This document shows positions 1-9,991 of a stretch of 64,000 bases of DNA, piece by piece. Made by a program: the position numbers and the translations under genes. This DNA is from Flavobacteriales bacterium (lineage in GTDB: Bacteria; Bacteroidota; Bacteroidia; Palsa-965): positions 123,960 to 187,959 of the forward strand of contig JBEIPA010000010.1 of the NCBI GenBank assembly GCA_040377305.1. The letters are read 5' to 3'. The notes under the pieces are model-generated. The model saw only the letters and a program-made list of their open reading frames with translations, ran no database searches and was not told the DNA's origin. Within the stretch, counting starts at the first letter, position 1, and every line of letters starts with the position of its first letter.

Positions 1-24
1 GAAAAATACTAATACAAAGTCGTC

Positions 25-393
25 ATGAACCTGCTTCAATTTGCTGAATCACAGCTAGTTAATAAGTCAAACCACCCGGGATTCCGCGCTGGTGACACAG
101 TGAATATTCACTACAAAATCAAAGAAGGTGAAAAAGAACGCGTTCAGCAGTTCACAGGTGTTGTTCTTCAGCGCCGCGGACACAATGCTGTAGCATCTTT
201 CACTGTTCGTAAAATGTCGAACGGAATTGGTGTTGAGCGTATTTTTCCTTTGCACTCACCTTTCATTGAGAAAATCGAAGTGAAGAAAAAAGGTGTTGTA
301 CGTCGTGCACGTATTTTCTACCTGCGCAACCTTACAGGAAAGGCTGCACGTATCACGGAGAAAATCCAAACGTCAGAAACTGCAGAAGCTTAA
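25..393 (+). CDS. rplS: 50S ribosomal protein L19
   Basis: [34 protein letters not shown] and [10 protein letters not shown] are L19 signatures. Confidence 0.98.
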   Translation: MNLLQFAESQLVNKSNHPGFRAGDTVNIHYKIKEGEKERVQQFTGVVLQRRGHNAVASFTVRKMSNGIGVERIFPLHSPFIEKIEVKKKGVVRRARIFYLRNLTGKAARITEKIQTSETAEA

Positions 394-414
394 GCTACTG
401 TATTCAAATACTTG

Positions 415-448
415 CAGACCCTGCCAAATGGCGGGGTTTGTTATTTTT
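415..448 (+). terminator. Rho-independent terminator of rplS
   Basis: CAGACCCTGCC-AAAT-GGCGGGGTTTG hairpin followed by TTATTTTT. Confidence 0.8.
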
Positions 449-569
449 AGGGTTCGCCATTTGTTCATATTTCGTTAATCCCCAATACGCATTGAGGATT
501 TAACTTTACAACAACAGGTGAACATCCTATAGGCTTACGCCGTAACCACTTGTGCAATTGTTGTTCATC

Positions 570-1889
570 ATGCACAAGTACGTCCAACTGCTTCTATTAC
601 TTTTCTCACTGGAAGGATTTTCTCAGTCGTCCTTCACAGTAATCGGAACGCCGTACACACAGGATTTCAATTCGCTTCCGAACGTAACGGACGGTGCAGA
701 TCTCGCAACGTGGACCAACAACAGCACGTTATTAGGATGGTACATCGATGAAAATGGTTCAGGGGGCGCAACTTGCAACGCTACATCATGTAACGATCGA
801 CCATCCATTGAAGCCACGTACACTACAATGAATAATTCGGGGAATGCATACATCTATGCATCCGGCGCCGATCGAAGTCTCGGTTCCAGAGCTGCGGGAT
901 CAACAGCAACCATTTTCTACGGAGTACGGATACAGAACAACACGGGACAGGCGATTACGTCATTATATGTCGACTACTACGGCGAACAGTGGTCGATTGC
1001 AGAAAACGGAGCGAACGTAAATACAAATGCATTTTCATATCAGGTTGGAACAACTGTTACAAGTTTGTCGGCAGGCAGTTGGACAAATGTACCTGCGCTT
1101 GACTTCACGCAAGTGTGGACTAGTTCACAAAGTGCAGGTCTGGGTGGAAGTGCGTGCGGTGGTTCAAGCACCCAATGCCTGGCGTTGGATGGAAACAATG
1201 CAGCGAACCGAAGGCGAATTCAAGGTTGCATAACCGTGTCGATTCCCATTGGAGATGAAATAATGCTGCGCTGGAGCGACGTTGACAATGGTGCGAACGA
1301 TCATCATTTACAGATTGATGATGTGTTTGTTTATCCGTTTGATGTTTCGTGTGCTACAGTGCTGCCCGTTGATTGGCTTTCATTCACCGCCGAAAGAGCC
1401 GGAGAAACTGCTTTGTTGAAGTGGGCAACCTCGTCGGAAGAGGATAACGACTATTTCTCCATTGAACGACTTAACGAAAACGGATATTTTGTCAGCATCG
1501 GAACCATGAGCGGAAATGGTACCACTTCACAGCCGCATGAATATAGTTTCGTCGATGAGACTCCTTTCATGGGAGTGAACTATTATCGGATCCGGCAGGT
1601 TGACTTTAACGGTCAATCTACTTTTACAGGTGTGCAACCCGTTGAATTCGGCGAATCGCCTGCGTTCAGCGCATACGTGTATTACGATGGTGAATTACAT
1701 TTCCAGCAAGCGAATAACTATGGCAACACCACCATTACTGTTTTTGCCGACGACGGCCGGGTCTTATCCCGGATTGAGAGTGCTTCTGAAAATGGTGTGC
1801 TCGAGCGTCCTTTTGCGAGTGGTGTCTACTTCATTCGCTTCGAAAACAGGGAGGGAGTAATTATCGTGAAGCAGTTGATTATTCTTTAG
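570..1889 (+). CDS. Secreted protein with T9SS type A sorting domain
   Basis: Signal peptide from ATG 570 (MHKYVQLLLLLFSLEGFSQ); LPVDWLSFTA..LKWATSSEEDNDYFSIER..YYRIRQVDFNG Ig-like module; C-terminal SGVYFIRF..KQLIIL. Confidence 0.85.
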   Translation: MHKYVQLLLLLFSLEGFSQSSFTVIGTPYTQDFNSLPNVTDGADLATWTNNSTLLGWYIDENGSGGATCNATSCNDRPSIEATYTTMNNSGNAYIYASGADRSLGSRAAGSTATIFYGVRIQNNTGQAITSLYVDYYGEQWSIAENGANVNTNAFSYQVGTTVTSLSAGSWTNVPALDFTQVWTSSQSAGLGGSACGGSSTQCLALDGNNAANRRRIQGCITVSIPIGDEIMLRWSDVDNGANDHHLQIDDVFVYPFDVSCATVLPVDWLSFTAERAGETALLKWATSSEEDNDYFSIERLNENGYFVSIGTMSGNGTTSQPHEYSFVDETPFMGVNYYRIRQVDFNGQSTFTGVQPVEFGESPAFSAYVYYDGELHFQQANNYGNTTITVFADDGRVLSRIESASENGVLERPFASGVYFIRFENREGVIIVKQLIIL

Positions 1890-3426
1890 GAATCGTCAGC
1901 ACTTTGACACCGCTCACTGGGAATAATTCTGACTTAAGAAGATCTTGTACTGTAATTCCGGTAGAGATCGATAGCGATAGAAAATTCTCTACACGTTCCT
2001 GCAGCGTATTATCCGGGAGAGTTTTGTCGCGTAATTTTTTAAACTGTGTCGCAAAAACTTCTTCGCGCTGTTTGATCGCACGCATCATCCGCACTTCAAC
2101 AACCTTCAGCGCATCGCCGGCCTTCTTCATTTCCGCTTCAGCGAATGCACGCAATGTTGCATCGGCGCGCGAAGCTTTTTCTGCGACGGTTGAACGAAGC
2201 AGCGTTAGAATTTCCTGTTCATTCTCCAATGAAAGCTCCTCTCCTGCCCGATCTGCCAATTTCCTTTTGAGTGCTTCATCGAAATCGGAAGTGAGCTCCT
2301 GAACGGTTACGCGATTCTTATGCATCCATTCGAAATCCTTCTGCGCAATCTGCATTCCGAAAAAACGTGGCTGCAAAACAGGGAACGCAACACGGTAATG
2401 CTCGAACATCTTCTTGTACTGAAGCCAGTAAACCAGTTCGCCCGGTCCACCAACATACGCCACATTCGGTAATATGACTTGCTGGTACAAAGGACGCAAA
2501 ACTACATTCGGACTAAATTTTTCGGGATTCGTTTTTGCTTCCTGAATCAGTTCATCTGTTGCAGTATCAATTCGCTTACGGGAAGTTCCTTCGAGGTGAA
2601 ACAGATTTATTGCACGGGGCTTCACCTGAAGCTCATAACGTTTGTTCGAAAGAAAAGAGGAAGTTTCCTGCACGCATTTTTCAGCGTTATGATTGACGAG
2701 ATCATCGTAGAAAATTCCGGCAACAGCTTTTTTAAGCTCAGCGTCGTCGGGATCAATACAAATGATTGCATCACCAAACAACCAGTGCACGAACTCACGT
2801 GTTGCAGCAGCGATTGTTTTTCCCGGCGCGTAAATTTTCTTGAGCACTGCCGACATTTCCAACGCTTGCGGAGATGACCCTAACAAGCCAGCCATCTCTT
2901 CAATGAAGGCTCCAATGTCATTTGTATTTAGACGACCTACAGCACCTTCCTGCGTAGTATTCCAGGAAATCTTCTTGCCGAACATGGTCACAGAACGAAC
3001 TTCTTCAACATCGTGGTCTTCTGTTGCCATCCAATACACAGGAACAACCGTTGCGTTGTACATTTTCGACAACTTATCGGCTAGCTGGATAACGGATGCA
3101 ATTTTGTACACAAAATAAGACGGACCTCCAGCAATACACAATTGATGTCCGGTTGTAACTGTACTGGAATTATTCAGCGAAAGTCTATCGAGCAGAGCCT
3201 TTGGCAACAGTTCAGGGTTCGCCTGATATTGTTGCGTTATTGTATTTACTAAATGGATTCGGTTAATGCCGCTACCTTGTGCCCGGCGAATTGCATAGTC
3301 ATATCCCTTTTGATCAGGACGAAAATCATAAAGCGTTTCCAGCTCAGGCAGTCCGTTTACGTAGTCGAGAAACAGACGGGAAAATCCAGTCAGTTGATTA
3401 AACGGTAATTCTGAAGCTGTAATCAT
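1879..3426 (-). CDS. bshC: Bacillithiol biosynthesis cysteine-adding enzyme BshC
   Basis: TVTTGHQL, YWMATEDHD, FSPNVVLRPLYQ, YVGGPGELVYWLQ and LQER motifs; start moved to ATG 3426. Confidence 0.93.
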   Translation of the reverse strand: MITASELPFNQLTGFSRLFLDYVNGLPELETLYDFRPDQKGYDYAIRRAQGSGINRIHLVNTITQQYQANPELLPKALLDRLSLNNSSTVTTGHQLCIAGGPSYFVYKIASVIQLADKLSKMYNATVVPVYWMATEDHDVEEVRSVTMFGKKISWNTTQEGAVGRLNTNDIGAFIEEMAGLLGSSPQALEMSAVLKKIYAPGKTIAAATREFVHWLFGDAIICIDPDDAELKKAVAGIFYDDLVNHNAEKCVQETSSFLSNKRYELQVKPRAINLFHLEGTSRKRIDTATDELIQEAKTNPEKFSPNVVLRPLYQQVILPNVAYVGGPGELVYWLQYKKMFEHYRVAFPVLQPRFFGMQIAQKDFEWMHKNRVTVQELTSDFDEALKRKLADRAGEELSLENEQEILTLLRSTVAEKASRADATLRAFAEAEMKKAGDALKVVEVRMMRAIKQREEVFATQFKKLRDKTLPDNTLQERVENFLSLSISTGITVQDLLKSELFPVSGVKVLTIPKE

Positions 3427-3478
3427 GCAGGTCAAAATTAAGGATAATGATCGGGCTCGGAATTAACAACTTACACTA

Positions 3479-3583
3479 TTGTTGCGCACAATAATAGAAT
3501 TTGCAGGATGGGTTAGCGGTATTTACACTATTGAAGTTGAACTGCCTGAAGTAACGAGGCCTGCGCGACTGAACGTTCAGTAA
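3479..3583 (+). pseudogene. Orphan fragment resembling the end of a T9SS C-terminal domain
   Basis: Frame reads LLRTIIEFAGWVSGIYTIEVELPEVTRPARLNVQ-stop, like a CTD tail (SGIY.I.V); in-frame stop a few codons upstream. Confidence 0.4.
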
Positions 3584-3596
3584 TCCGGCACCTATT

Positions 3597-3634
3597 AAAA
3601 AATCCTGCTTCAGTGAGTGAAGCAGGATTTTTTT
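3597..3634. terminator. Bidirectional intrinsic terminator
   Basis: A-run + TCCTGCTTCA-GTGAG-TGAAGCAGGA + T-run. Confidence 0.85.
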
Positions 3635-3646
3635 GAAGTGTAGTCC

Positions 3647-5173
3647 TTAGTTTGCCGTTATCGTAAACTCCACTCTTCGGTTCATCGCCCGTCCGGCATC
3701 ATTTTCATTGCTGTCAACAGGATTACTTTCTCCGTATCCTTTTGAGCTTACTCTATTCATGGCTATTCCGTGATTCACGAGATATGTACGTACTGCTGCT
3801 GCTCGATCTTCCGACAAACGTTGATTGTCTGCATCGGTACCAACATTATCGGTATGTCCGGATATTTCTATAGACATAGACGGATTTTCATTCATCATTT
3901 TTACCACCCGATCGAGTTCAGGAAAGGATTCTGATTTTAGTTCAGCTTTGCCCGTTTCGAAAAATATATTGTTTAGTCGCACCACCTGGCCTTTTTCGAT
4001 AGGGACGAGATAAAGGTCACGTGTAATTTCCTGGTACCCGGAAAGTGAAGTGAGATCCATGTTTTCACTGAGCGCGTAGTACCCATTCGCAATTGCGTTA
4101 AAGCCATAATTCGATCCGAATGGAAGTACGATCTGATAGTCTCCGGTTTCCTCATTCGATACGGCAGTACCTACTGTGGTCGCACCGGGAAGGAGCTGAT
4201 AAATTACCGCGGCACTTACTGGTTTGCCGGTTTGTTTATCGAGCACTTTGCCGCGTATCAGAACTACTGGTTCCGGACGCATTTCTTCCCGCAATTTTAC
4301 CCTGCAAATATCTGTTCTGTTGGATCCATTGCTCCGTGATAAATACGCTTCATTTCCTTTAGCCGCAACAGAATACCACGCATCCCAGTCAGAGGAATTC
4401 ACGTCCGGTCCGAGATTGACGGGTTCACTCCATTTTTGCCAGGTACTATCGAGCCGTTTAGACATCCAGATGTCGCAACTTCCATATCCGCCGGGACGAT
4501 CAGATGAATAATACAGTGTAACACCATCTGCAGCGAGGAACGGCGAGAACTCTTCGTAACTTTCTGTATTGAGTCCGATTGCGACCGGCTCAGTGTATGA
4601 ATTTTCATCTTCACGGAAACTGATATAAATGTCATGAGTCTTTTTCTTCTTTGGAACAAATGCCATTAGGAGAACCGAATTGGAGGAGTGCATATTACTT
4701 GAAACCGTTGTTCCTTCCTGATTCATTTTTTCGTAATTCTTCACTCTAATTCCAACCGGTTCCGTCCACCCGTTTTTTCCTAACGTGCAAAATGAAAACC
4801 CATCTTTCTGATACTCACCTTTGGAATAATAACCTTTCAGGTAACGCGTGTTTCCGTCGGCACTGAACCCAACAAGTGCACTGTAGTATTGCTGATTGAA
4901 AGGAGCATTAAGATGTCGTGCTGCACTCCATTCTCCGTTTTCCAGTTTACACATCCAGATATCCTGGGTATGTTCCGGATGCATGGAATTATCCGGATGG
5001 TCTTCGCGGATGAAGAACAACTTTTGTCCGTCTGGAGTAATCAATGGGTTCAATTCACTGGTTGGACTGTTCACTCGCGAATCAAGAAACTCCACTGAGT
5101 AACCGGGATTGTCACGAAACGATAGCACCAACAGAGCGGCGCAAAAAATTACAGGCAGACGAAGCGGTTTCAT
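3647..5173 (-). CDS. OmpA-family protein with PD40/WD40-like propeller and carboxypeptidase-regulatory-like domain (PorE-like architecture)
   Basis: PD40 repeats (SPFLAADGVTLYYSSDRPGGYGSCDIW); C-terminal NIFFETGK, ISGHTDNVG, NQRLSEDRA, NRRVE. Confidence 0.9.
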   Translation of the reverse strand: MKPLRLPVIFCAALLVLSFRDNPGYSVEFLDSRVNSPTSELNPLITPDGQKLFFIREDHPDNSMHPEHTQDIWMCKLENGEWSAARHLNAPFNQQYYSALVGFSADGNTRYLKGYYSKGEYQKDGFSFCTLGKNGWTEPVGIRVKNYEKMNQEGTTVSSNMHSSNSVLLMAFVPKKKKTHDIYISFREDENSYTEPVAIGLNTESYEEFSPFLAADGVTLYYSSDRPGGYGSCDIWMSKRLDSTWQKWSEPVNLGPDVNSSDWDAWYSVAAKGNEAYLSRSNGSNRTDICRVKLREEMRPEPVVLIRGKVLDKQTGKPVSAAVIYQLLPGATTVGTAVSNEETGDYQIVLPFGSNYGFNAIANGYYALSENMDLTSLSGYQEITRDLYLVPIEKGQVVRLNNIFFETGKAELKSESFPELDRVVKMMNENPSMSIEISGHTDNVGTDADNQRLSEDRAAAVRTYLVNHGIAMNRVSSKGYGESNPVDSNENDAGRAMNRRVEFTITAN

Positions 5174-5175
5174 GG

Positions 5176-6129
5176 TTACTCCTTTTCTATGACCTGACCT
5201 TTGTCGTTCGTACCTTCCGGTCGTTTGTAACCAAGTGCCGCCATTTTTCTGCGCATGAGCGGAAACATGAATGATCCGGTACAGTAGAGTCCATCACCCG
5301 GGCGTACACCGACTTCGACGCCTGCAGCAAACGCCTTTTTCTTTTTTACATTTCTGTCTTCACAAGGCATTCCGTAGAAACCAACCCGAAAACCTATTGG
5401 TCCGTTGAGCACATCTTTGTTACCAACCTGTCCACCGCTAAATGTTGTAAGATTTCTAACCGGACAAAATATAAGATCCGCGTAAACACGGAACATTCCA
5501 GAGCGGGATGCCTGTCCGTCTGTATTTGTATTGATAAAAACATTGCTGACTGTAAACCTTGAAAGGCCAACATAAACACCCACATTGGTGAGGTTCCCCT
5601 CAATGTCTGATCCACCTTCGGTCAGTTCGCGGGAGAAGGGGTTACGTTTGAAATACAGTCCGCCGCGTGCATGAATAAGTATTCGCTGCTGTGCTGGAAT
5701 GCGTATAAACTTTGTCGTTTCAACGGTCTGTCCGCTCGAGTTTGTAGATTCTGAAATGGAGAGTACTACTTTTGTATTCTGTTTCGTGCGTGTTCTATCG
5801 GTTAGCGTAAACATTCCACCCGCTTCAATCTGCAAAGCTGCTTTACATTCCTTACCAAAAGCCAGCCTGCCTAGGGTCAATGTTCCATATCGGAACGCAT
5901 AATCGAATCCGAACCGTTTCTGAACAAAGCCCATACCGGTTATTCCAGTGTTGAACGACGATCCATCAATGTTTTTGAAACCGAAGTCCATTTGAAACGG
6001 ATCCAGAAACATCCAGAAATTGCAGATATCATTCGGATCATCGCGGGTTACTTTATAATCGACATTGTTCTGCGCATTTGAAGTAATTACGAGGCAAAGC
6101 AACAGAGGCAGAAACAGTATTTTTTTCAT
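5176..6129 (-). CDS. Exported hypothetical protein, possibly an outer-membrane beta-barrel
   Basis: Signal peptide from ATG 6129 (MKKILFLPLLLCLVITSNAQ); alternating Gly/aromatic beta-strand pattern; 2 nt upstream of the OmpA gene. Confidence 0.7.
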   Translation of the reverse strand: MKKILFLPLLLCLVITSNAQNNVDYKVTRDDPNDICNFWMFLDPFQMDFGFKNIDGSSFNTGITGMGFVQKRFGFDYAFRYGTLTLGRLAFGKECKAALQIEAGGMFTLTDRTRTKQNTKVVLSISESTNSSGQTVETTKFIRIPAQQRILIHARGGLYFKRNPFSRELTEGGSDIEGNLTNVGVYVGLSRFTVSNVFINTNTDGQASRSGMFRVYADLIFCPVRNLTTFSGGQVGNKDVLNGPIGFRVGFYGMPCEDRNVKKKKAFAAGVEVGVRPGDGLYCTGSFMFPLMRRKMAALGYKRPEGTNDKGQVIEKE

Positions 6130-6179
6130 GAGTCTATATTTGTTCACACAAATGTTGCGTATACGAGCATGTAAAGGAA

Positions 6180-6195
6180 TACGGCATTAACCCTA
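6180..6195 (-). promoter_or_regulatory. Candidate NarL-type operator upstream of the OMP/OmpA operon
   Basis: Minus strand TAGGGTTAATGCCGTA, 23 nt upstream of the -7 box AACATTTG (6156-6149); same geometry as the box at 9240. Confidence 0.55.
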
Positions 6196-6254
6196 TTTTT
6201 GAGGTACTGTATTGTAGATAAAAAAAGCGCGAAGGGGCGTAACCCGGACATCAG

Positions 6255-9242
6255 ATGAAATTTCTTGGTACTTATGTGATGCTATTATTCTCTGTGCTCT
6301 CCGGTGCACAGGGCATGCGCTTTTCACATCTCGATCAGAAGCAGGGGTTGTCGCAGAATACACCCGATTGTTTTTTGCAAGACAGTGAAGGGTTGATGTG
6401 GATTGGAACGCAAGACGGATTGAACCGTTACGACGGTTATACATTCACTGTATTGCGCTCCGTTCCCGGAGACACCAACTCACTTACCGACAATTTCATT
6501 CTTGCGCTGGCTGAAGACTCCGACAATAACATCTGGATCGGCACGCGTAATGGAATTTGTGTTTACGTTAAAAGCGAAAACAAATTTTATCGATACCGTT
6601 CTATTTACGAAGACCCCGATGATTTTCACGCAGCAGTGAGAAATATCGTCGCGATTAATGAAGGTGGAGTTGTGTTTTGCACAAAGTCACGCAATCTGGT
6701 TTCGGTGAAATATGATGCAACCCATCATCACATCATTGCAACAGGTTTAGTTGATGAATCGAACGTATATGCATTTGCATACGAAAAACAAACCGGAGAA
6801 CTGGCGTTTCTGCTTAATGACCGACTCTGTATTGGTTTGCCGGGAAATGCAACGATTACCTGCTCGTTGAACCTTGCCGGAAAGCCAATCATTTCCATGC
6901 TTCTCGACGGAGAACACCTGTTCCTGAATGATAGTCTCAATATCCTCCATATTCCGATTCGCACACAGGGAATACCAGAAACAATTTACACGTGCGACTC
7001 CAAGGTGGCATGTATGTCAATTGGTCCAAATCATTCTGTGTGGATTGGCACACTCGAAGGTTTGCGAGTGATCAATTCCCCATTGAGCTCACCAGTGATT
7101 GAAGTCGCAACAGAAAACAAGCTGGACTACTTCGGGCTGAACGGAAATCGTCTGGAAGCACTTTACTGCACGCGCGAAAACATCATGTGGGTTGGAACAG
7201 TTGGCGGAATCAACATTTACGATCCGCTGCAGAAACGTTTCATTGTGCTGGACGGAATCCTGAGTACTCCAACACAGGACGCTATCTGGTTTGTAATGTC
7301 TATAGGCGAAATAGTTTTATGGGCTAATGACAAAGGACTGATGACGTATAGTGAAAGTCCGCTTCCGCGATGGGTGAATAGTATCCCTAAGGAGTTGCCC
7401 TATTCTGCCGGTGGATTTGACTCCAGAAACAGATTGTGGCTTGGCACGAAAAATCAGGGTGTGATAATCGTGGATACGGCAAATAACACAGTGGATACAC
7501 GTCTCAAATCGCACCCCGTATTTGCCGGTGTGTCTGTAATGGATTTTTGTTCGGACAATGGATCCATGTGGATTGCCTCCATAGGCTCGCTTTGTGTTGT
7601 ACAAGAAAATGACCTGGAAGTAAAAATCATCCGTTCGCGACAGGTTCATGCGAAGGACATTTCAACGGCGTATTTCAGTGCCCTTGAAAAAGATGATCAA
7701 CATCGGATATATGTGGGTACTGCAACGGGACTTGCCGTTTTTGCGCCTACAGATACCAACGTACAATGGATTGTCAATGATCCTGCGACTCCAAATTCGC
7801 TGGCTTATAACATCGTCAATGACCTATTCATCCTTGGCGACAATTTGTGGATAGCTACAATGGGTTCCGGACTTGACCGAATGAATATTCGTACCCAGGA
7901 TTTCATTCACTACTCTACAGGCAACGGACTCGCTAATAATACCATTTATGGAATTGAAGCAGGTAACTCCGATGAGTTGTGGTTAAGTTCAAACGAAGGA
8001 ATGATCCAACTGAATATAAACAATGGCATTTCGCGAAACTTCACGATGCGGGATGGTTTGACGAGCAACGAGTTTGTGCTAAATAAACATTCTTCCAACA
8101 AGAATGCAACGCAACTCTACTTCGGATCGTCAAACGGCCTAGTGAACTTTTCGCCGGATGATTTTCGCACGCTATCGCCACCCGTTTTGCCGATCATTAC
8201 CCGGATGACAGTTAACTATAAGCCGCGCACACAATTCATGTCTGATGAATTACAATTGAAATCTGATGAGCGCAACATAAGTTTTGAGTTTTCCGCAATC
8301 GATTTCCGCAATCAGGATAAGATCAGTTACGCGTATAAGCTTGAAGGATTTGACACAGCGTGGCACAATACCGGAATTGCAGAGCGATCAGCGAATTTCA
8401 CGAACCTGCCTTACGGTACGTATCATTTCATGGTTCGATACCGGATTGGCGGTGGCGAATGGTCTTCTACAATACTTGAGAAGAAAATTGTGATAGCAAC
8501 TCCTTTTTATGCGACAACCTGGTTCACTATACTGATGATTCTTGCGGGTATTACACTGATTGCTTTGATCGTACGATACATTTCACAAAGAACACTGCGC
8601 AAACAGATCGAAGAATTGCGTGTACAGGAACAAATCAGAAATGAAAAGGAAAGAATTTCACGCGACTTACACGACAATGTTGGCGCTCAGCTTACTTATG
8701 TGATTTCTTCACTCGATAACTTATCGTACACGTTACAAAGAAAAAAAGTGGATCTGGAATCGGAAAAACTGGATCAGCTCGGTGAATTTGCGCGCGGTAC
8801 AATGGATCAGTTACGTGAGAGTATCTGGGCAATTAATTCAGAACAAATCAAGCTGAGTGAACTTGCAGCAAAGTGGAAACAATATCTCGCACAACTTGCC
8901 GATACCCGGAGTAATTTTTCAGGCCAGGTTGCTTTCAGCGGCACCGATGTAACGCTCAAACCCGCTACGGCAATAGAAGTGCACCGGATTATTCAGGAAG
9001 CTATTTCAAATGCATTTCGTCATTCGAACGGCACGAACATCCTCGTTGAAGTTGATATTGAAAACAATAAACCCTCCGTTTCTGTTATTGATAACGGTCG
9101 TGGTATGAGTGAACAACCGGAAAAAGACGGGCATTACGGACTCCGCAATATGAAGGAACGGGCCAAACGAATAAACGGCGATCTATCGTTCCGGACAGAT
9201 TCCAACGGAACGAATGTTCATTTGTTCTGGCATCATAATTAG
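6255..9242 (+). CDS. Sensor histidine kinase (Reg_prop propeller, Y_Y_Y domain, TM helix, HisKA_3, HATPase)
   Basis: GLSQN..QDSEGLMWIGTQDGLNRYDGY repeats; YAYKLEGFD; ERISRDLHDNVG; QEAISNAFRHS, DNGRG, GHYGLRNMKERA. Confidence 0.95.
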   Translation: MKFLGTYVMLLFSVLSGAQGMRFSHLDQKQGLSQNTPDCFLQDSEGLMWIGTQDGLNRYDGYTFTVLRSVPGDTNSLTDNFILALAEDSDNNIWIGTRNGICVYVKSENKFYRYRSIYEDPDDFHAAVRNIVAINEGGVVFCTKSRNLVSVKYDATHHHIIATGLVDESNVYAFAYEKQTGELAFLLNDRLCIGLPGNATITCSLNLAGKPIISMLLDGEHLFLNDSLNILHIPIRTQGIPETIYTCDSKVACMSIGPNHSVWIGTLEGLRVINSPLSSPVIEVATENKLDYFGLNGNRLEALYCTRENIMWVGTVGGINIYDPLQKRFIVLDGILSTPTQDAIWFVMSIGEIVLWANDKGLMTYSESPLPRWVNSIPKELPYSAGGFDSRNRLWLGTKNQGVIIVDTANNTVDTRLKSHPVFAGVSVMDFCSDNGSMWIASIGSLCVVQENDLEVKIIRSRQVHAKDISTAYFSALEKDDQHRIYVGTATGLAVFAPTDTNVQWIVNDPATPNSLAYNIVNDLFILGDNLWIATMGSGLDRMNIRTQDFIHYSTGNGLANNTIYGIEAGNSDELWLSSNEGMIQLNINNGISRNFTMRDGLTSNEFVLNKHSSNKNATQLYFGSSNGLVNFSPDDFRTLSPPVLPIITRMTVNYKPRTQFMSDELQLKSDERNISFEFSAIDFRNQDKISYAYKLEGFDTAWHNTGIAERSANFTNLPYGTYHFMVRYRIGGGEWSSTILEKKIVIATPFYATTWFTILMILAGITLIALIVRYISQRTLRKQIEELRVQEQIRNEKERISRDLHDNVGAQLTYVISSLDNLSYTLQRKKVDLESEKLDQLGEFARGTMDQLRESIWAINSEQIKLSELAAKWKQYLAQLADTRSNFSGQVAFSGTDVTLKPATAIEVHRIIQEAISNAFRHSNGTNILVEVDIENNKPSVSVIDNGRGMSEQPEKDGHYGLRNMKERAKRINGDLSFRTDSNGTNVHLFWHHN

Positions 9243-9255
9243 GGCACTTGACGTA
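9240..9255 (+). promoter_or_regulatory. Candidate autoregulatory NarL-type operator
   Basis: Imperfect 7-2-7 dyad TAGGGCA-CT-TGACGTA, 23 nt upstream of the -7 box TACTTTTG (9279-9286). Confidence 0.55.
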
Positions 9256-9290
9256 TTGTAATCGGACTGTACACCTCCTACTTTTGTAGT

Positions 9291-9971
9291 ATGAAAATCA
9301 GAATTGGATTGGCCGAAGATGTTCCTCATTTGCAGAAGGCGATCAGCGATATGCTGTTCAATTTCGAGAACGTGGACCTCGTGTTTATTGCAGGGAATGG
9401 CAAAGCACTTGTAGAGAAACTTGCTACGGAGAAAGTTGATCTGATTCTGATGGACATCAACATGCCGGAGATGAATGGGATTGAAGCAACCGCAGCAGTC
9501 CGCAAACGTTATCCGGAGATCAAGATCGTGATGCTTACTGTGTTCGACGATGGAGATAATATCTTCAACGCAATTCTAGCAGGAGCAAACGGATATTTAC
9601 TGAAAGACTCGAAACCGGCACGCTTGCTTACTGCGATAGAAGATGCCATGGACGGTGGTGCGCCTATGTCGCCAAGCATTGCTACGAAAGCTTTGCAACT
9701 ACTTCGTGGCGATCGCACAGAGCCGCTTCCTGAGGAAAACGATTTTCAGCTTACCAAACGCGAACTGGAAATCCTGGAGCAACTTGCTACTGGCGCAACC
9801 TATCAGGAAATTGCAGACAAACTTTTCATCTCTGCTAAAACCGTTCGTAAGCATATTGAAAATATTTACGGAAAGCTGCAGGCTCACAATAAGATTGAGG
9901 CGATACAGATTGCGCAAAAACATAAGTTGCTGAGTATAGCCGGAGTTTCTCTCGCGTTTCTGTTCAGTTAA
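9291..9971 (+). CDS. NarL/LuxR-family response regulator
   Basis: REC domain (LMDINMPEMNG, GANGYLLK) and LuxR HTH (LTKRELEIL..IADKLFISAKTVRKHIENIYGKL). Confidence 0.96.
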   Translation: MKIRIGLAEDVPHLQKAISDMLFNFENVDLVFIAGNGKALVEKLATEKVDLILMDINMPEMNGIEATAAVRKRYPEIKIVMLTVFDDGDNIFNAILAGANGYLLKDSKPARLLTAIEDAMDGGAPMSPSIATKALQLLRGDRTEPLPEENDFQLTKRELEILEQLATGATYQEIADKLFISAKTVRKHIENIYGKLQAHNKIEAIQIAQKHKLLSIAGVSLAFLFS

Positions 9972-9991
9972 CGTTTTGCTAACTTTACGGG

